From NCBI RefSeq assembly GCF_964204645.1, contig NC_134027.1, forward strand, positions 17,136,560 to 17,200,559: a DNA stretch of 64,000 nt, in the 5' to 3' direction. Below are positions 49,400 to 62,320 of this stretch, piece by piece. The translations under genes and the position numbers were made by a program. This DNA is from Tubulanus polymorphus. Its lineage: Eukaryota > Animalia > Nemertea. The notes beneath the pieces are model-generated. The model searched no databases. It was not told where the DNA came from and was given only the letters and a program-made list of their open reading frames with translations. Numbering within the stretch: the stretch's first letter is position 1; each line of letters begins with the position of its first letter.

Positions 49400-50090
49400 C
49401 TAATATAATGTCTACCAAACTCAAAATTCGAAACCGAAGGAGAAACCCGGAGAGTGGACAAAGATGCATAAAAATAGTAATCTAAAAAAATGTATTCATA
49501 TTAATGATTTAACGATTTTTATTTAAAAAACCTGAATTAACAAAAGAAGATATGGAAAATATAAAAGAAACATTCACAAAAATATTAAATTATTGCGCGG
49601 AAAATAATATAAAAGATTCAATTATTGTTATGAATTCGTTTTAAATAAGATCTTACATTTTTTAAATATCGATATTATAATTCCATTTAATGAAATAACA
49701 AACAAAAAGAATCAAATTTAGCGAGATGAAATGTGGAAAAATATAAAACTTTATCAAAAACAAAAAATGAAATGGAAGAACCTAAAGAAATAGAAAAACA
49801 ATTAGATGAATATTTAGATGAAAAATAGAAACACAGAAAATAATTATTATTCACCTAGAAGAAGAATGAAAACAATACGTTTTGAACTAAGTAATTTAAA
49901 AAATCGTAATTATCATATCAAACATGAATATTCTTTATGAAACAATTTCATGATAATATGAATAATTGATAACCATGTGGTAATGTTTTTATTCCATCAT
50001 CTAAGGTATATGTTTTATCATCGAATGGATTTAAGCTCGTTTTTTCAACTTCAATAATATACATTTCGTGATCTTCTGATCTAAAACACT
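49400..50090. pseudogene. Polinton debris: decayed + strand ORF and pPolB C-terminus (minus, ~49970-50090)
   Basis: RSEDHEMYIIEVEKTSLNPFDDKTYTLDDGIKTLPHG matches the pPolB C-terminus. Confidence 0.65.
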
Positions 50091-50719
50091 CGATCACCAT
50101 ACAGTCACGTACGAATAACAACTACGTACTAAAAATGGTATTGGCTACAATATAATAGGCCTATAGACAAATAAATACCGGTACTGCGGCGGTAGGCTTT
50201 CTTAGCTTCCACACTTCACAACTGAACCAACTGACCAACCAGTATATTTAGTCCCAGTACGCACCAACCGGCACAGGCCTAACACTGTTTGTCAAATGTG
50301 TGTACCGTTGTAGGCTATCGATAATCACCTGATACTTTTCTGTCGTTGGTTTTCTCTCTGAGACGAACATAATTCTAGCAGCCCTCCGCGACTCAACGAC
50401 CTTGATTTAAACTTGACCAATTCAAAATCTGTTTATTGACGCTTTTGGTTACATGAACTGATCAGCAATATACTTAAATAAAATAACCGGAATAACAAGA
50501 AATCAAAGATATTAAAGAGGTAACAAACAAATGCCCGTAAACCTGTCAGACACGCGAACGCCGGACTCGTAAACTCTTGAACTCGGACCCGCTGAGCAAT
50601 AAATTCATAAAATTGACTTTGATATTGATTGTGGAGAAGAGAAGTAATTATTCGATAGCTCTTCCTCGAAAAGAAGAGAGAAATATCGGAAAGAAAACAC
50701 AACATGGCTACTAATTGAA

Positions 50720-50958
50720 CGGAGCCAAATTTCCGATGTTTACGGCTCGACAGTGCCTTTATAACGTGGATTTATCAAAATTCCCATGCAGTATCTGGAG
50801 ATTGAAGTGAGCTGAAGGATATCATACGGATTGTATCGGCGACAGCGGTAAGGTAAGGAAGTCTTTACACTTTTAACAAAAACTATGTGGAAAAGGGAAA
50901 AAACAATAATCACGCAAATTTCAATAGGGTTTTCTGTGAAGAAACAGAAAACCCTAAT
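50720..50958 (-). mobile_element. Diverged terminal remnant of the Helentron-like family
   Basis: Similar to 8240-8480 including the terminal palindrome. Confidence 0.65.
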
Positions 50959-52399
50959 AATGATTTTAGAGCAAAAATTGGAACAATGGGTGGATTAGGA
51001 ATATTATATACTAAAGAATTTGGTAAAATAATAGCAAATTCAGATATAAGAACACTAAATTGGAATGAATTACCAAAATATTATAATAATATACAACAAA
51101 ACAATAATGGTTGATTAATTTCATTTTAGAAAATAGTGAAGGATTAACAAAATCAGGTATACAAAGAATAAATCAATCTATTAGAACTTATCTGATATGT
51201 ATTTTAGGTACGCAAGTTGAAACAAGATCACCAATAGTTGGAAATGATAACACTTCATTTGATACACGGAAACAATTCAAAGTTTTATTTGAAGATTCCA
51301 TTCATAATGATAAAAATGGATCGATTCCAGAAAATATAGTAAGATATCAAAATTATTTATTGTATAGGACTCAATTTATTAATTATTTCAAATGATTTAG
51401 TATTAAAGATGGGAAATATAATTATATATGATAATTTAATTAAGACTGCAACAATAAATAATTCATTTGGATTGAATGATATAAATAAAAAGAATATTAC
51501 TGCTCCAAAACTAATGGAAGGTGAAAAAATGAAAAAACATATTCAATCAACAGAAACTAGAACTAAGAATATTAAATTGGATAATTATTCTAAAATAAAA
51601 GATTACAATACTACAGAAAATAGTAAACATGATATAATTAAAACTAATAACGATAATAAATCCCATGAAAATGCTAAATTAGCTATAACTTTTATAGAAA
51701 TTGTAATAGGAGGAATATTATATTTTTAATTTTAATTTTTCTATTATATAAATGGATGTAAAAGGTGGAGAAGATATTGGAATGGATACTTTTGATAAAC
51801 CCGGTATAACTGAAATACAACAGCCTGTTTTTGATGAAACAAGTTTTAGTAACGATAATGAAACAGCATATAATTCTAATTTAGGTGAAGATGATGATGG
51901 AATTAATACCGAAGTATGTGAAAAATTAAATAAATATTTAGAAGCTCCTAAAATTGGTAGAATTTCAACTAGAACAGAATGAAAAGAATTAATGAATCTA
52001 TTAGAAAAACAACAAGAAATATAGCCGCAAAGCAGCGATAACGGGTTTTCTGCACAGTCTTAGAATCCTGTTCAACGGTGGATTTCAACAAAGCATTTGA
52101 TAAGGCTCAATATCAGCCATTGCTAAACAGGCTATTAGGAAACAGTATCAATGATAGGTCGCCCAAATGGCTCAGCAGTTATCTCTGAACGGAAACTTGT
52201 AACCGAAATCAACGGAACGCCTCATCTTGGAATGAGACGGTCTAACTAGTGGAGTCACGCAAGGTAGTATCCTAAGTCGTCTTCTGTTTAATGTCCTGAC
52301 AATTGACATACACAGTAATCCAAAATATACCCGACCGAGTTAATTTCCAAAACGACCTTAACACACTGTTCGACCAAAAAACTTAATGTTCCGACAAAA

Positions 52400-53452
52400 C
52401 CACGGGTGACAAAACCAAAATTATGAATTGTCGCGGGTGACAAAACCAAAAAATTGAATTGTCACGGGCGACAAAACCAAAATAATGAATTGTCTCGGGC
52501 GACAAAACCAAAATAATGAATTGTCGCGGGCGATAAAACCAAAATAATGAATTGTCGCGGGCGATAAAACCAAAATATTGAATTGTCGCGGCCGATAAAA
52601 CAAAATTAATGAATTATCGCGGGCGACAAAACCAAAATATTGAATTGTCGCGGGCGACTAAACCAAAATATCGAATTGTTGCGGGCGACAAAACCAAAAA
52701 AAGAATTGTCGGGGCGACAAAACAAAAATAATGAATTGTCGCGGGCTATAAATCAAAATTAATGAATTGTCGCGGGCGATAAAACCAAAATAATGAATTG
52801 TCGCGGGCGACAAAACCAAAATGGTGAATTGTCGCGGGCGACAAAACCAAAAAGGTGAATTGTCGCGGGCGACAAAACCAAAATGGTGAATTGTCGCGAG
52901 CGACAAAACTAAAATAATGAATTGTCGCCGGCGATAAAACCGTAATAATGAATTGTCGCGGGCGATAAAACCAAAATAATGAATTGTCTCAGGCGACAAA
53001 ACAAAAATAATGAATAATCGCGGGCGATAAAACAAAAATATTGAATTGTCGCAGGCGATAAAACCAAAAAAGAAAATTGTCGCGGGCGACAAAAACAAAA
53101 TATAAAACCAAAATAATGAATTGTCGCGGGCGACAAAACCAAAATAATGAATTGTCGGTGGCGATAAAACCAAAATAATGAATTGTCGCGGGCGATAAAA
53201 CCAAAATATTGAATTGTCGCGGCCGATAAAACAAAATTAATGAATTATCGCGGGCGACAAAACCAAAATATTGAATTGTCGCGGGCGACTAAACCAAAAT
53301 ATCGAATTGTTGCGGGCGACAAAACCAAAAAAAGAATTGTCGCGGGCTATAAATCAAAATTAATGAATTGTCGCGGGTGACAAAACCAAAATATTGAATT
53401 GTCGCGGGCGACAAAACCAAACTAATGAATTGTCGCGGGCGACAAAACCAAA
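52400..53452. repeat. 31-bp minisatellite array
   Basis: Seen directly. Confidence 0.95.
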
Positions 53453-54708
53453 CTAGGGGTCCAGGGACACCATGCTCACTTAAGAAGTGGTTTCAAATGC
53501 TCAACAATCTAACAATTTCAATACATAAGGCCCTCTAGTGACCATATACAAAAACCAATGACCTTGAAACCCACCACAATCATAGAACATGTGAGCAGCT
53601 ATGATTTTGTAATCGATTGTGATAACAAAATATGCCTCGTTACCAATTTAATTTGGAAATACTAAGTTATTCTACTATTCAACGCCCCCTGGTGACCATA
53701 TGCAAAACCCAATGACCTTAAAACTCACCCCAATCGTAGTACATGTCATGAAATACAACTTTGCAATTGATCATAGTAACAAAATATGCCTAGGTACCAA
53801 TCTAATAAGGAAATGCTAAGCCATTCTACTATTCAACGCCCCCTGGTGACTATATGGAATAACTAATGTCCTTAAAAACTCACCACAATCATAGACGATG
53901 TCATGAACTACAACTTTGCAATTGATCATGGTAACAAAATATGCCTTGGTACAAATATAGCAATACTAAGTTATTGTATTATTCAACGCCCCCTGATGGC
54001 CACATACAAAAACCAATGTCCTTGACACTCGCCAAAATCATAGAACACGTTATGGGCTACAACTTTCCAATTGAATATAGTAACACAATATGCTTAGGTA
54101 TCAATTTAATGTGGAAAAACTTTTTCCCACCTACGAATGAGTACTGATGACACCAAGATGGCCGCCAATTGCGTCATAATTGGCTGATCAAAGATACCTG
54201 TCCCAGGTATAAAACATCCCTCTCTAAAGAATACCCATCAGCAATTGCAATGAGAAATGGCAAACCAGTAGGAAGCTACGGGACCTAGCATTCTGGCCAA
54301 AATTGACATTTTTGGGCACTAAAAAGGTCATAGGACGGCCATCTTGAGTCAGATCGACCCAATTTTCTTATGCTGATGGGCCTTTGGTAGATTCAAATAT
54401 AAACGAAAGATCAAGGTAATTGATCAAAGCGTCTTCAAAATTCCCCACGAAAACTTCGAAAATGTTTAAAAATTGCTGATTTTGGCAAACAACAATGGCT
54501 GCCAGTCGGCCATCTTGAATCTGACAGGGCCAGTTTTTGGGCTGACGATGTGTCTAGGGTAGATACATGTATAAACCAAATATCAAGACATTACCTTGAA
54601 GCGTCTTCAAAACTTCCCAAAATAACTGGATTCCGTCTATGGACGGACGGACGGACGAAAAGTGAACGCAATAGCCCGCTGGGACTAACGTTCCAAGTGG
54701 ACTGAAAA
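53453..54708 (-). mobile_element. Nested Pearl/HINE-like element with ~155-bp repeats, (GGAC)n and terminal hairpin
   Basis: About 4 core repeats, GGACGGACGGACGGACG at 54641, hairpin at ~54675-54703. Confidence 0.7.
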
Positions 54709-56463
54709 ATAATTGTCGTGGGCGACAAAACCAAAATATTGAATTGTCGCGGGCGAAAAAAAACAAACTAATGAATTGTCGCGGGCGACAAAACCAAACT
54801 AATGAATTGTCGTGGGCGATAAAACCAAACTAATGAATTGTCGCGGGCGATAAAACAAAAATATTGAATTGTCGCGGGCAATAAAACCAAAATAATGAAT
54901 CGTCTCGGGCGACAAAAACAAAATATTGAATCGTCGCGGGCGTCAAAATCAAAATAATGAATTGTCGCGGGCGACAAAACCAAAATAATGAATTGTCGCG
55001 GGCGATAAAACCAAAATAATGAATGGTCTCGGGCGACAAAACCAAAATAATGAATTGTCGCGGGCAATAAAACCAAAATATTGAATTGTCGCGGGCGACA
55101 AAACCAAAAAAAAATTGGCACGGGCGATAATAACAAAATATAAAACCAAAATAATGAATTGTCGTGGGCGATAAAACCAAAATATTGAATTGTCGCGGGC
55201 GATAAAAACAAAATAATGAATTGTCGCGGGCGATAAAACCAAAATAATGAATTATCGCGGGCGATAAAACCAAAATATTGAATTGTCGCGGGCAATTAAA
55301 CCAAAATAATGAATTGTCTCGGGCGACAAAACCAAAATAATGAATTGTCGTGGGCGATAAAACCAAAATAATGAATTGTCGCCGGCGATAAAACCAACAT
55401 ATTGAATTGTCGCGGGCGATAAAACAAAATTAATGAATTAGCGCGGGCGACAAAACCAAAATATTGAATTGTCGCGGGCGACTAAACCAAAATATTGAAT
55501 TGTTGCGGGCGACAAAACCAAAAAAAGAATTGTCGGGGCGACAAAACAAAAATAATGAATTGTCGCGGGCTATAAATCAAAATTAATGAATTGTCGCGGG
55601 CGATAAAACCAAAATAATGAATTGTCGCGAGCGACAAAACCAAAATGGTGAATTGTCGCGGGCGACAAAACCAAAATGGTTAATTGTCGCGGGCGACAAA
55701 ACCAAAATGGTGAATGGTCGCTGGCGACAAAACCAAAATGGTGAATTGTCGCGAGCGACAAAACTAAAATAATGAATTGTCGCGGGCGATAAAACAGTAA
55801 TAATGAATTGTCGCGGGCGATAAAACCAAAATATTGAATTGTCTCAGGCGACAAAACAAAAATAATGAATAATCGCGGGCGATAAAACAAAAATGTTGAA
55901 TTGTCGCAGGCGATAAAACCAAAAAAGAAAATTGTCGCGGGCGACAAAAACAAAATATAAAACCAAAATATAAAACCAAAATAATGAATTGTCGCGGGCG
56001 ACAAAACCAAAATAATGAATTGTCGGTGGCGATAAAACCAAAGTAATGAATTGTCGCGGGCGATAAAACCAAAATATTGAATTTTCGTGGGCGACAAAAC
56101 CAAAATATTGAATTGTCAGAGGGCGACAAAACCAAACTAATGAATTGTCGCGGGCGACAAAACCAAACTAATGAATTGTCGCGGGCGATAAAACCAAACT
56201 AATGAATTGTCGCGGGCGATAAAACCAAAATAATGAATCGTCTCGGGCGACAAAAACAAGATATTGAATCGTCGCGGGCGACAAAATCAAAATAATGAAT
56301 TGTCGCGGGCGACAAAACCAAAGTAATGAATTGACGCGGGCGATAAAACCAAAATAATGAATGGTCTCGGGCGACAAAACCAAAATAATGAATTATCGCG
56401 GGCGATAAAACCAAAATAATGAATTGTCGCGGGCGACAAAACCAAAATATTGAATTGTCGCGG
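54709..56463. repeat. 31-bp minisatellite array
   Basis: Seen directly. Confidence 0.95.
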
Positions 56464-58789
56464 AATGATGCAATCGTGAGTTGAAATAATACCTGAACAA
56501 ATCGATGCACAGACATTTACTTTATATATCTACTTGAACAATCGAGCCTACTCAGTAATATACTCAGTTTTTACGAAACCTGGAGTTTTTGTTTCAGAGA
56601 AATTTGAGTATCAGTATCCGATGCTATATACTAACGTTAACGTTAGTTATCATCGCTCCGTCATGCTAAGTTATACATTTCATGTCAACCAGTATCTAAA
56701 GGCAGCTGTACAGTGTGTACACACTATATCTGAATACGAGGCTGGAATAACAGGCTCACTTCACGTAGGTTCATGATGAGGAGAAACTCGCAGCTGATCC
56801 CCGGAACGACGATGGAGTAACACACGTCGAATCATCGATGTTTACGGCTCGACAGTGCTTTTAAAATCTAAAGTAGTAAATTTCCAGTGTATCGGTAATA
56901 TGATTTGATGAGGAAAATGGGCTATTGTTAAAATCACTGTTTGAAGACCGCGACTGAATGTGAAGTCTGCGGCAATAAATTAGTTCATTTATACTTGAAT
57001 TGATAATCGAAGTGACAGTCGGCCTGCGGGTTGATTTCGGGATGACGACTCGAAAAACATGTCGCCCCATTGAATGGGGCAAAATTTTCGATGTTTACGG
57101 CCCGACAGCGCTTTTGTAACGATGATTCGTGAAAAAACACGCGGGCTATTTGTAGATCTCAGTGAGCTGAACGATATTATATGGATTGTATATGAAACAG
57201 CGGTAAGGTAACAAAGCCTATGTTCTTTTGGTAAAAATAGTGTGGAAGAAAATAATAATAATAATAATCACGCGGATATCAATAGGGTTTTCTGTGAAAT
57301 AACAGAAAACCCTAACACGCGGATATCAATAGGGTTTTCTGTGAAATAACAGAAAACCCTAAATATATCCTGACCAACAACTGCAATTATATTTTATGAA
57401 AGAAAAAGTAACAGAAACAGTTGTAGAAGAATTATTACCAAATGTGATAGATAAAGTTGATTCAGAATTTATTGTAGAAAACATTTTAGAAGATAACCCA
57501 TTTTTCATGAATAATTTAGTATTTAAAAATGATTCATGGTATTATAATGTTGAATTAAATAGGAAAACTGTATCAATTCAATTATCTAAAATGGGACAAG
57601 AAAATATGTGCCATCCTGGAATGTTAGCAAGATCTACAATTGAAGGTTTAAAAGGCAGTAGAGAATTTCTCAGAATTAAATGGAATGCACTCGAAAGGGT
57701 AAATGAAAAAGAACCAATTCCTAATATTGATATTAACAATTTTTCACCATTTAAAAATCCAAATTTAAATCCTACTTATGTTGATCCAGAAATGGAAGAG
57801 TATGGAGATTAATTAGATAAATTAAGAACTTCAACACCAGAAACATCGAGAAGAGATATTCAACAAATCGATAATGTTTCAAGTCAATTACAATTAGGAA
57901 AACATTTTGATAGAATGTTAGATACAGTTCATTCATTTGAAGAAGAAATGAATAGTGTTTTAGATACACCCGGGACTGAAACTGGAATAAATCGAATACA
58001 ATCTTTACTAGATAAAGGATTACTTGATTGAACTGATGAAGAATTAAAAATATTTCCTGAATAAGCACGTAGAGAAATTAAAGGTATGCAAGAATCAACT
58101 GGTGAAATTTCTAATATTAAGATGAGATTTACTAAAATAACAATGTTAGAAAAAGAATTGACTAATGCAAATGAAGAATTAAAACAATTAGAATTAAATA
58201 GAGTTATTCGAGTAATCGAGGAAGCTGATTATGAAAGCAGAAAGTTAGCTTTAGAAAAAGAAATAGATGATTTAAAATATAACAAAGAATTTCAGGAAAA
58301 AGAAAGAGATATATTATAAGAGATAAAGATATTTTAAAAAATTTGTTGATAAAACCAAATTCTGAAATATCATTAAAAGATAGAATAAAATTATTATTTA
58401 AATTAGAAGTTATATACAATTCTTTCAATTCTAACAGCTGTAACTATGTTATTTACAACAATTGGTTTAGCTATATCAAATTCATTAAAATCTACGCCTA
58501 CACCCAATAAACCGGATAAACCCCCAAATGATAATAATTCTATACAAGATAAAGTGAAAGATGGATTAAAGAAATTAGCAAAATATCTATGGGAATTATC
58601 TAAAAAATCTGCTGCAGCTTTACCCGGAGTTATTGCATCAATTGTTGGTTTTGTTTTAAAATCTGCTGGGAATATTCTTAATTTTGCTGCTGAACATATT
58701 ATTTTATTTTTAATTACAGTTGTAAGTGCTATTATTTTTGGGTAAGTGAATATGATAAAAAATAAATAATTAATTTCTTTGTTAAATAA

Positions 58790-59785
58790 ATGAGTGGGAG
58801 TTATATCAATCCTTCTAAGAATTCAAGAATATCTAATGCTATTAAAGCAGAAAGATCTCATCATATAATTACCCATAATCCTTCTAATATTAATCCTGAT
58901 GAAACTTTATATGTTAGAATTCCTCGATTAACACAAAATACTTTTTATGTTCCAAATAGTATTTATTTATCAGCTGATATAAATGTAACTGGTAATAATA
59001 ATAATTATGTTGTTGATAATGTTGGAGGATATTTGATAAATAATAACGCACCTTTATATAAATACGCAATTCAAGAAGATATTATATTTGAGATAACATT
59101 TGCTCCTGTTAATGAAATTTTAATATCAAGTATAATTAAAGATATGGGTTATAAATTATCGAATATATGTTTAGAATATGATACAGTAACCGATGAAAAT
59201 ATTTCAAGTATAATTCAAACTCAATACAATCAAGGATTTTAATTATTATATGATTATATTGATAAATTTAAAACTGTAACTATTAATGCACATGATGAAA
59301 TAATTAATGAATATATTAACTTCCCAAGAAGATCTATTAAAGGTATATCAATATTTTTTACCATTGCAACATATTCTAATGGCTCAATACAGGTCGATAA
59401 GTATTATAATCCTGAAATATCAAAGGTAGAAATAACTATTGAAGGAATAGCAAATAAGATATTTGCAAAGGAATGAGAATGATGGATCAGTGACCAGAAA
59501 TTAGAAAACATTTTATGAATGAAAAAGTGAAATCATCTGAAAATTGTAATATTAAAAAAAAATGATTATTATACCGGTAATAAATATGCATTATGGTTAG
59601 ATTTTAGAAGAACAGAGGATAATTCATTACATGGTTCTGGAAAAAAACTACAGAATACTAAAGATGGGATACAATTATTCATGAAAAAGAAGAAAGGATG
59701 CTTAAATTTCAAAATGCACATTTATATTATATCTGACGCGCAATTTAATATTATAAATTCTCAATTAGATAGTATTCAATATTAG
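58790..59785 (+). pseudogene. Putative major capsid protein with ~250-bp internal deletion
   Basis: Near-identical to 31115-32364; deletion at ~59037 between TTGAT microhomologies. Confidence 0.65.
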
Positions 59786-59815
59786 AAATATTAAGTTAAA
59801 ATTAACGATATACAG

Positions 59816-60941
59816 ATGGGTGGTAAAAAAACTCCTAATACTAAAGAACAATATTTAAGAAATTTATATTACAACCCTGAGAGTTCGGTTGCTTATTCTT
59901 CTGTAAAAAATATATGGCGTCAAGTAAAACAAGATAAATTAGATAAGATAATCCCACAAAATTTAGTTAAATATAAAGATATAAATGAATTTATATTAGA
60001 ACAACCAACATATACAACACATTAAAAAATTGTAAGAAAATATAAAACTCGTAAAACTATGGTAAGTTATGTAGATCAACAGCGGCAAGGAGATTTATAT
60101 TGATATTAAAAATGTTAAGAAGGATAATGATGATTATTGGTGGATATTGAATATAATTGATATTTTTAGTCGTTATGTATGGAGCTTCCCCTTTTATAGA
60201 AAAGATGCTGTACAAACATCAAATGTTTTAAGAAAATTTCTTTCGGATGATAAACTAAAACCAGAAAAAATACAATTTGATGATGGAAAAGAATTTGATA
60301 ATTCACTTGTTCATGAACTCTTAGATAATCATAATATTAAATATTTTTCAACAAAATCGGATAAAAAAGCAGTTGTTGAACGATTTAATAGAACATTAAG
60401 AACAAGAATGTGGAAATATTTTACAGCAAATAATACCTTTAAATGGATTGATGTTTTATCAAAATTGACAGATGGTTATAATAATTCTTATCATTCTTCT
60501 ATTGGAATGAAACCTATTGATGCTAGAAAACCTGAAAATGCTGAAATTGTTTGGAATAATTTATATGGAGCATTTCTTGTAGAAGATTTTGGTGAACCTA
60601 AATTTAAAGTTGGTCAAAATGTTAGAATTTCTTAGTATAAAAAGATATTTGACAAAGGATACGGTCGAAATTTTACTAGAGAAATATATAAAATAAAAAA
60701 GGTAATAACAACAAAACCATATGTCTATAAATTAGAAGATTTAAATGGTGAAGAAGTTGATGGGTATTATTATGAAGAAGAATTGAGTTTAACTACTGAA
60801 AATCTAGAACAAGAATATAAAATTGAAAAAGTATTAAAAACAAAAACTATTAATAGAAAAAAATATTCTTTAGTAAAATGGGTTGGATGGCCAGATAAAT
60901 TTAATGAATGGATATTATCAAGTAAAATTAAAAATATATAA
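59816..60941 (+). pseudogene. int: rve integrase with chromodomain
   Basis: IDIFSRY, QFDDGKEF, VERFNRTLR, LVKWVGWPDKFNEW; stops and frameshifts. Confidence 0.9.
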
Positions 60942-61550
60942 ATGAATAAGGAATTATTTATATTTGAACCTCATAATATGTTAATTTCTGGTGTAACAAA
61001 TTGTGGAAAAACTTATTTTATATTAAATTTATTAGAAACTGTTTATAAAAACTATTTTGATAATATAGTATTATTTTGTCTAACATATGAATTTGATCAA
61101 ACTTATGATAGAAATATTACTAGAAATAATACATTTATTATATAAGATCCTAAAACAGTTAAAGAAAATTTAGATAATTGTATTAAAATAGCAATTGGTA
61201 TATATAAAGGATCTTATACATTATTTATCATAGATGATTGTGCTAATCTTCATGATTCAAAAGTTAGAGAAAGTGAGTTATGTTATTTAGCTTTCTCTGG
61301 GAGACATTTTGGGATAACAACATGGGTTTTAAATCAAAAATATAATTCAATTGTGAAAGATTTTAGGGAGAATATAATATTTTTAGTTTTATTCTACAAT
61401 AAAGATTGAAAATCGATGAAAAATGCACTTGAGGAAAATGATATTATTCCACATGATTAACATAATGAATATATGGATAAATTAAAAAATAATGAAAGAT
61501 CAAAATTACTATTTCGATTACAACACCCATTTAAATATGAATTTATTTAA
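60942..61550 (+). pseudogene. Packaging ATPase
   Basis: GVTNCGKT, IIDDC, GRHF; stops. Confidence 0.88.
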
Positions 61551-61688
61551 ATTCAACTAGCTTGTTAATCTAGTATATTTTTAGTTACATTCTAGTTGAA
61601 ATCTAGTTATTGGTAGTTGAAACAAAAAAATAAATAAAAACAACAATATTTTAACTAGCTTGACACAACTAATCGGTTTGTTATATAA

Positions 61689-62320
61689 ATGGGAGGTGAA
61701 AAGAAAAAAAATCTAAAAATTGTGATGTTCCAATTGAAAAAACTTTAGATGATTTAGGAATGACAGAAACAAAATTAACTCCAGATGATGGTGCTTTAAA
61801 TAATGTTACAACAAATAATAATTATGAATATTATCTTTATTGCAAACATCAATTAGAAATATCAATAGTATCTGGGAAATGTAAAAATTTTATTGGTAAA
61901 AATTTATCTTATAACGAATTAGATACAATGAAACCAGATCAAATTATTAAATTATTTAAGATTTACGAAACTGCGAGAATCGATAGAATTAATGATGCGA
62001 TATCAGAAAATGTAGTAAAAGGTTATAGTAAATTATGTTAATATATACTACCAATCGAAGATGAAAATAGATTATATTCCGATTTAAAAAATGATTATTT
62101 ATTTATGACTGAATTAAACAAATGGATTGGATATTTATCATTTCAATTAGGTGGATTTATGACATTATTATCAACTGGAGTTATAACATTTTCAAATATT
62201 GAAAGTAATAATTTTTCTATAATAAATGAGCAAGGTGGAAGAAGTGAAGAAAAAACCGAGAACTCCGAAACAAATTGAATGGTCTCGGCAATTAGGAATT
62301 AAATCACAAGAATATAAAAT
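61689..62320 (+). pseudogene. Homologs of 35399-35995 and the start of 35020-35389
   Basis: YEYYLYCKHQLE..ELDTMKPD; RTPKQIEWSRQLG. Confidence 0.7.

Larger units (their letters stand above)
52018..57361 (-). mobile_element. Helentron-like composite element, copy 2
   Basis: Near-identical ends to copy 1; host frame LEKQQE|IYPDQQLQLYFMKEK rejoins across it. Confidence 0.8.
50959..62320 (+). mobile_element. Polinton-like remnant 4 (50959-52017 plus 57362-62320)
   Basis: Conserved protein, coiled-coil TM protein, MCP, integrase, ATPase and two small genes, all on +, all disrupted. Confidence 0.92.

Noticed and set aside
52400-56463. CRISPR-like array (31-bp partly palindromic repeats)
   Set aside because: Units are head-to-tail with no unique spacers, no cas genes, eukaryotic context
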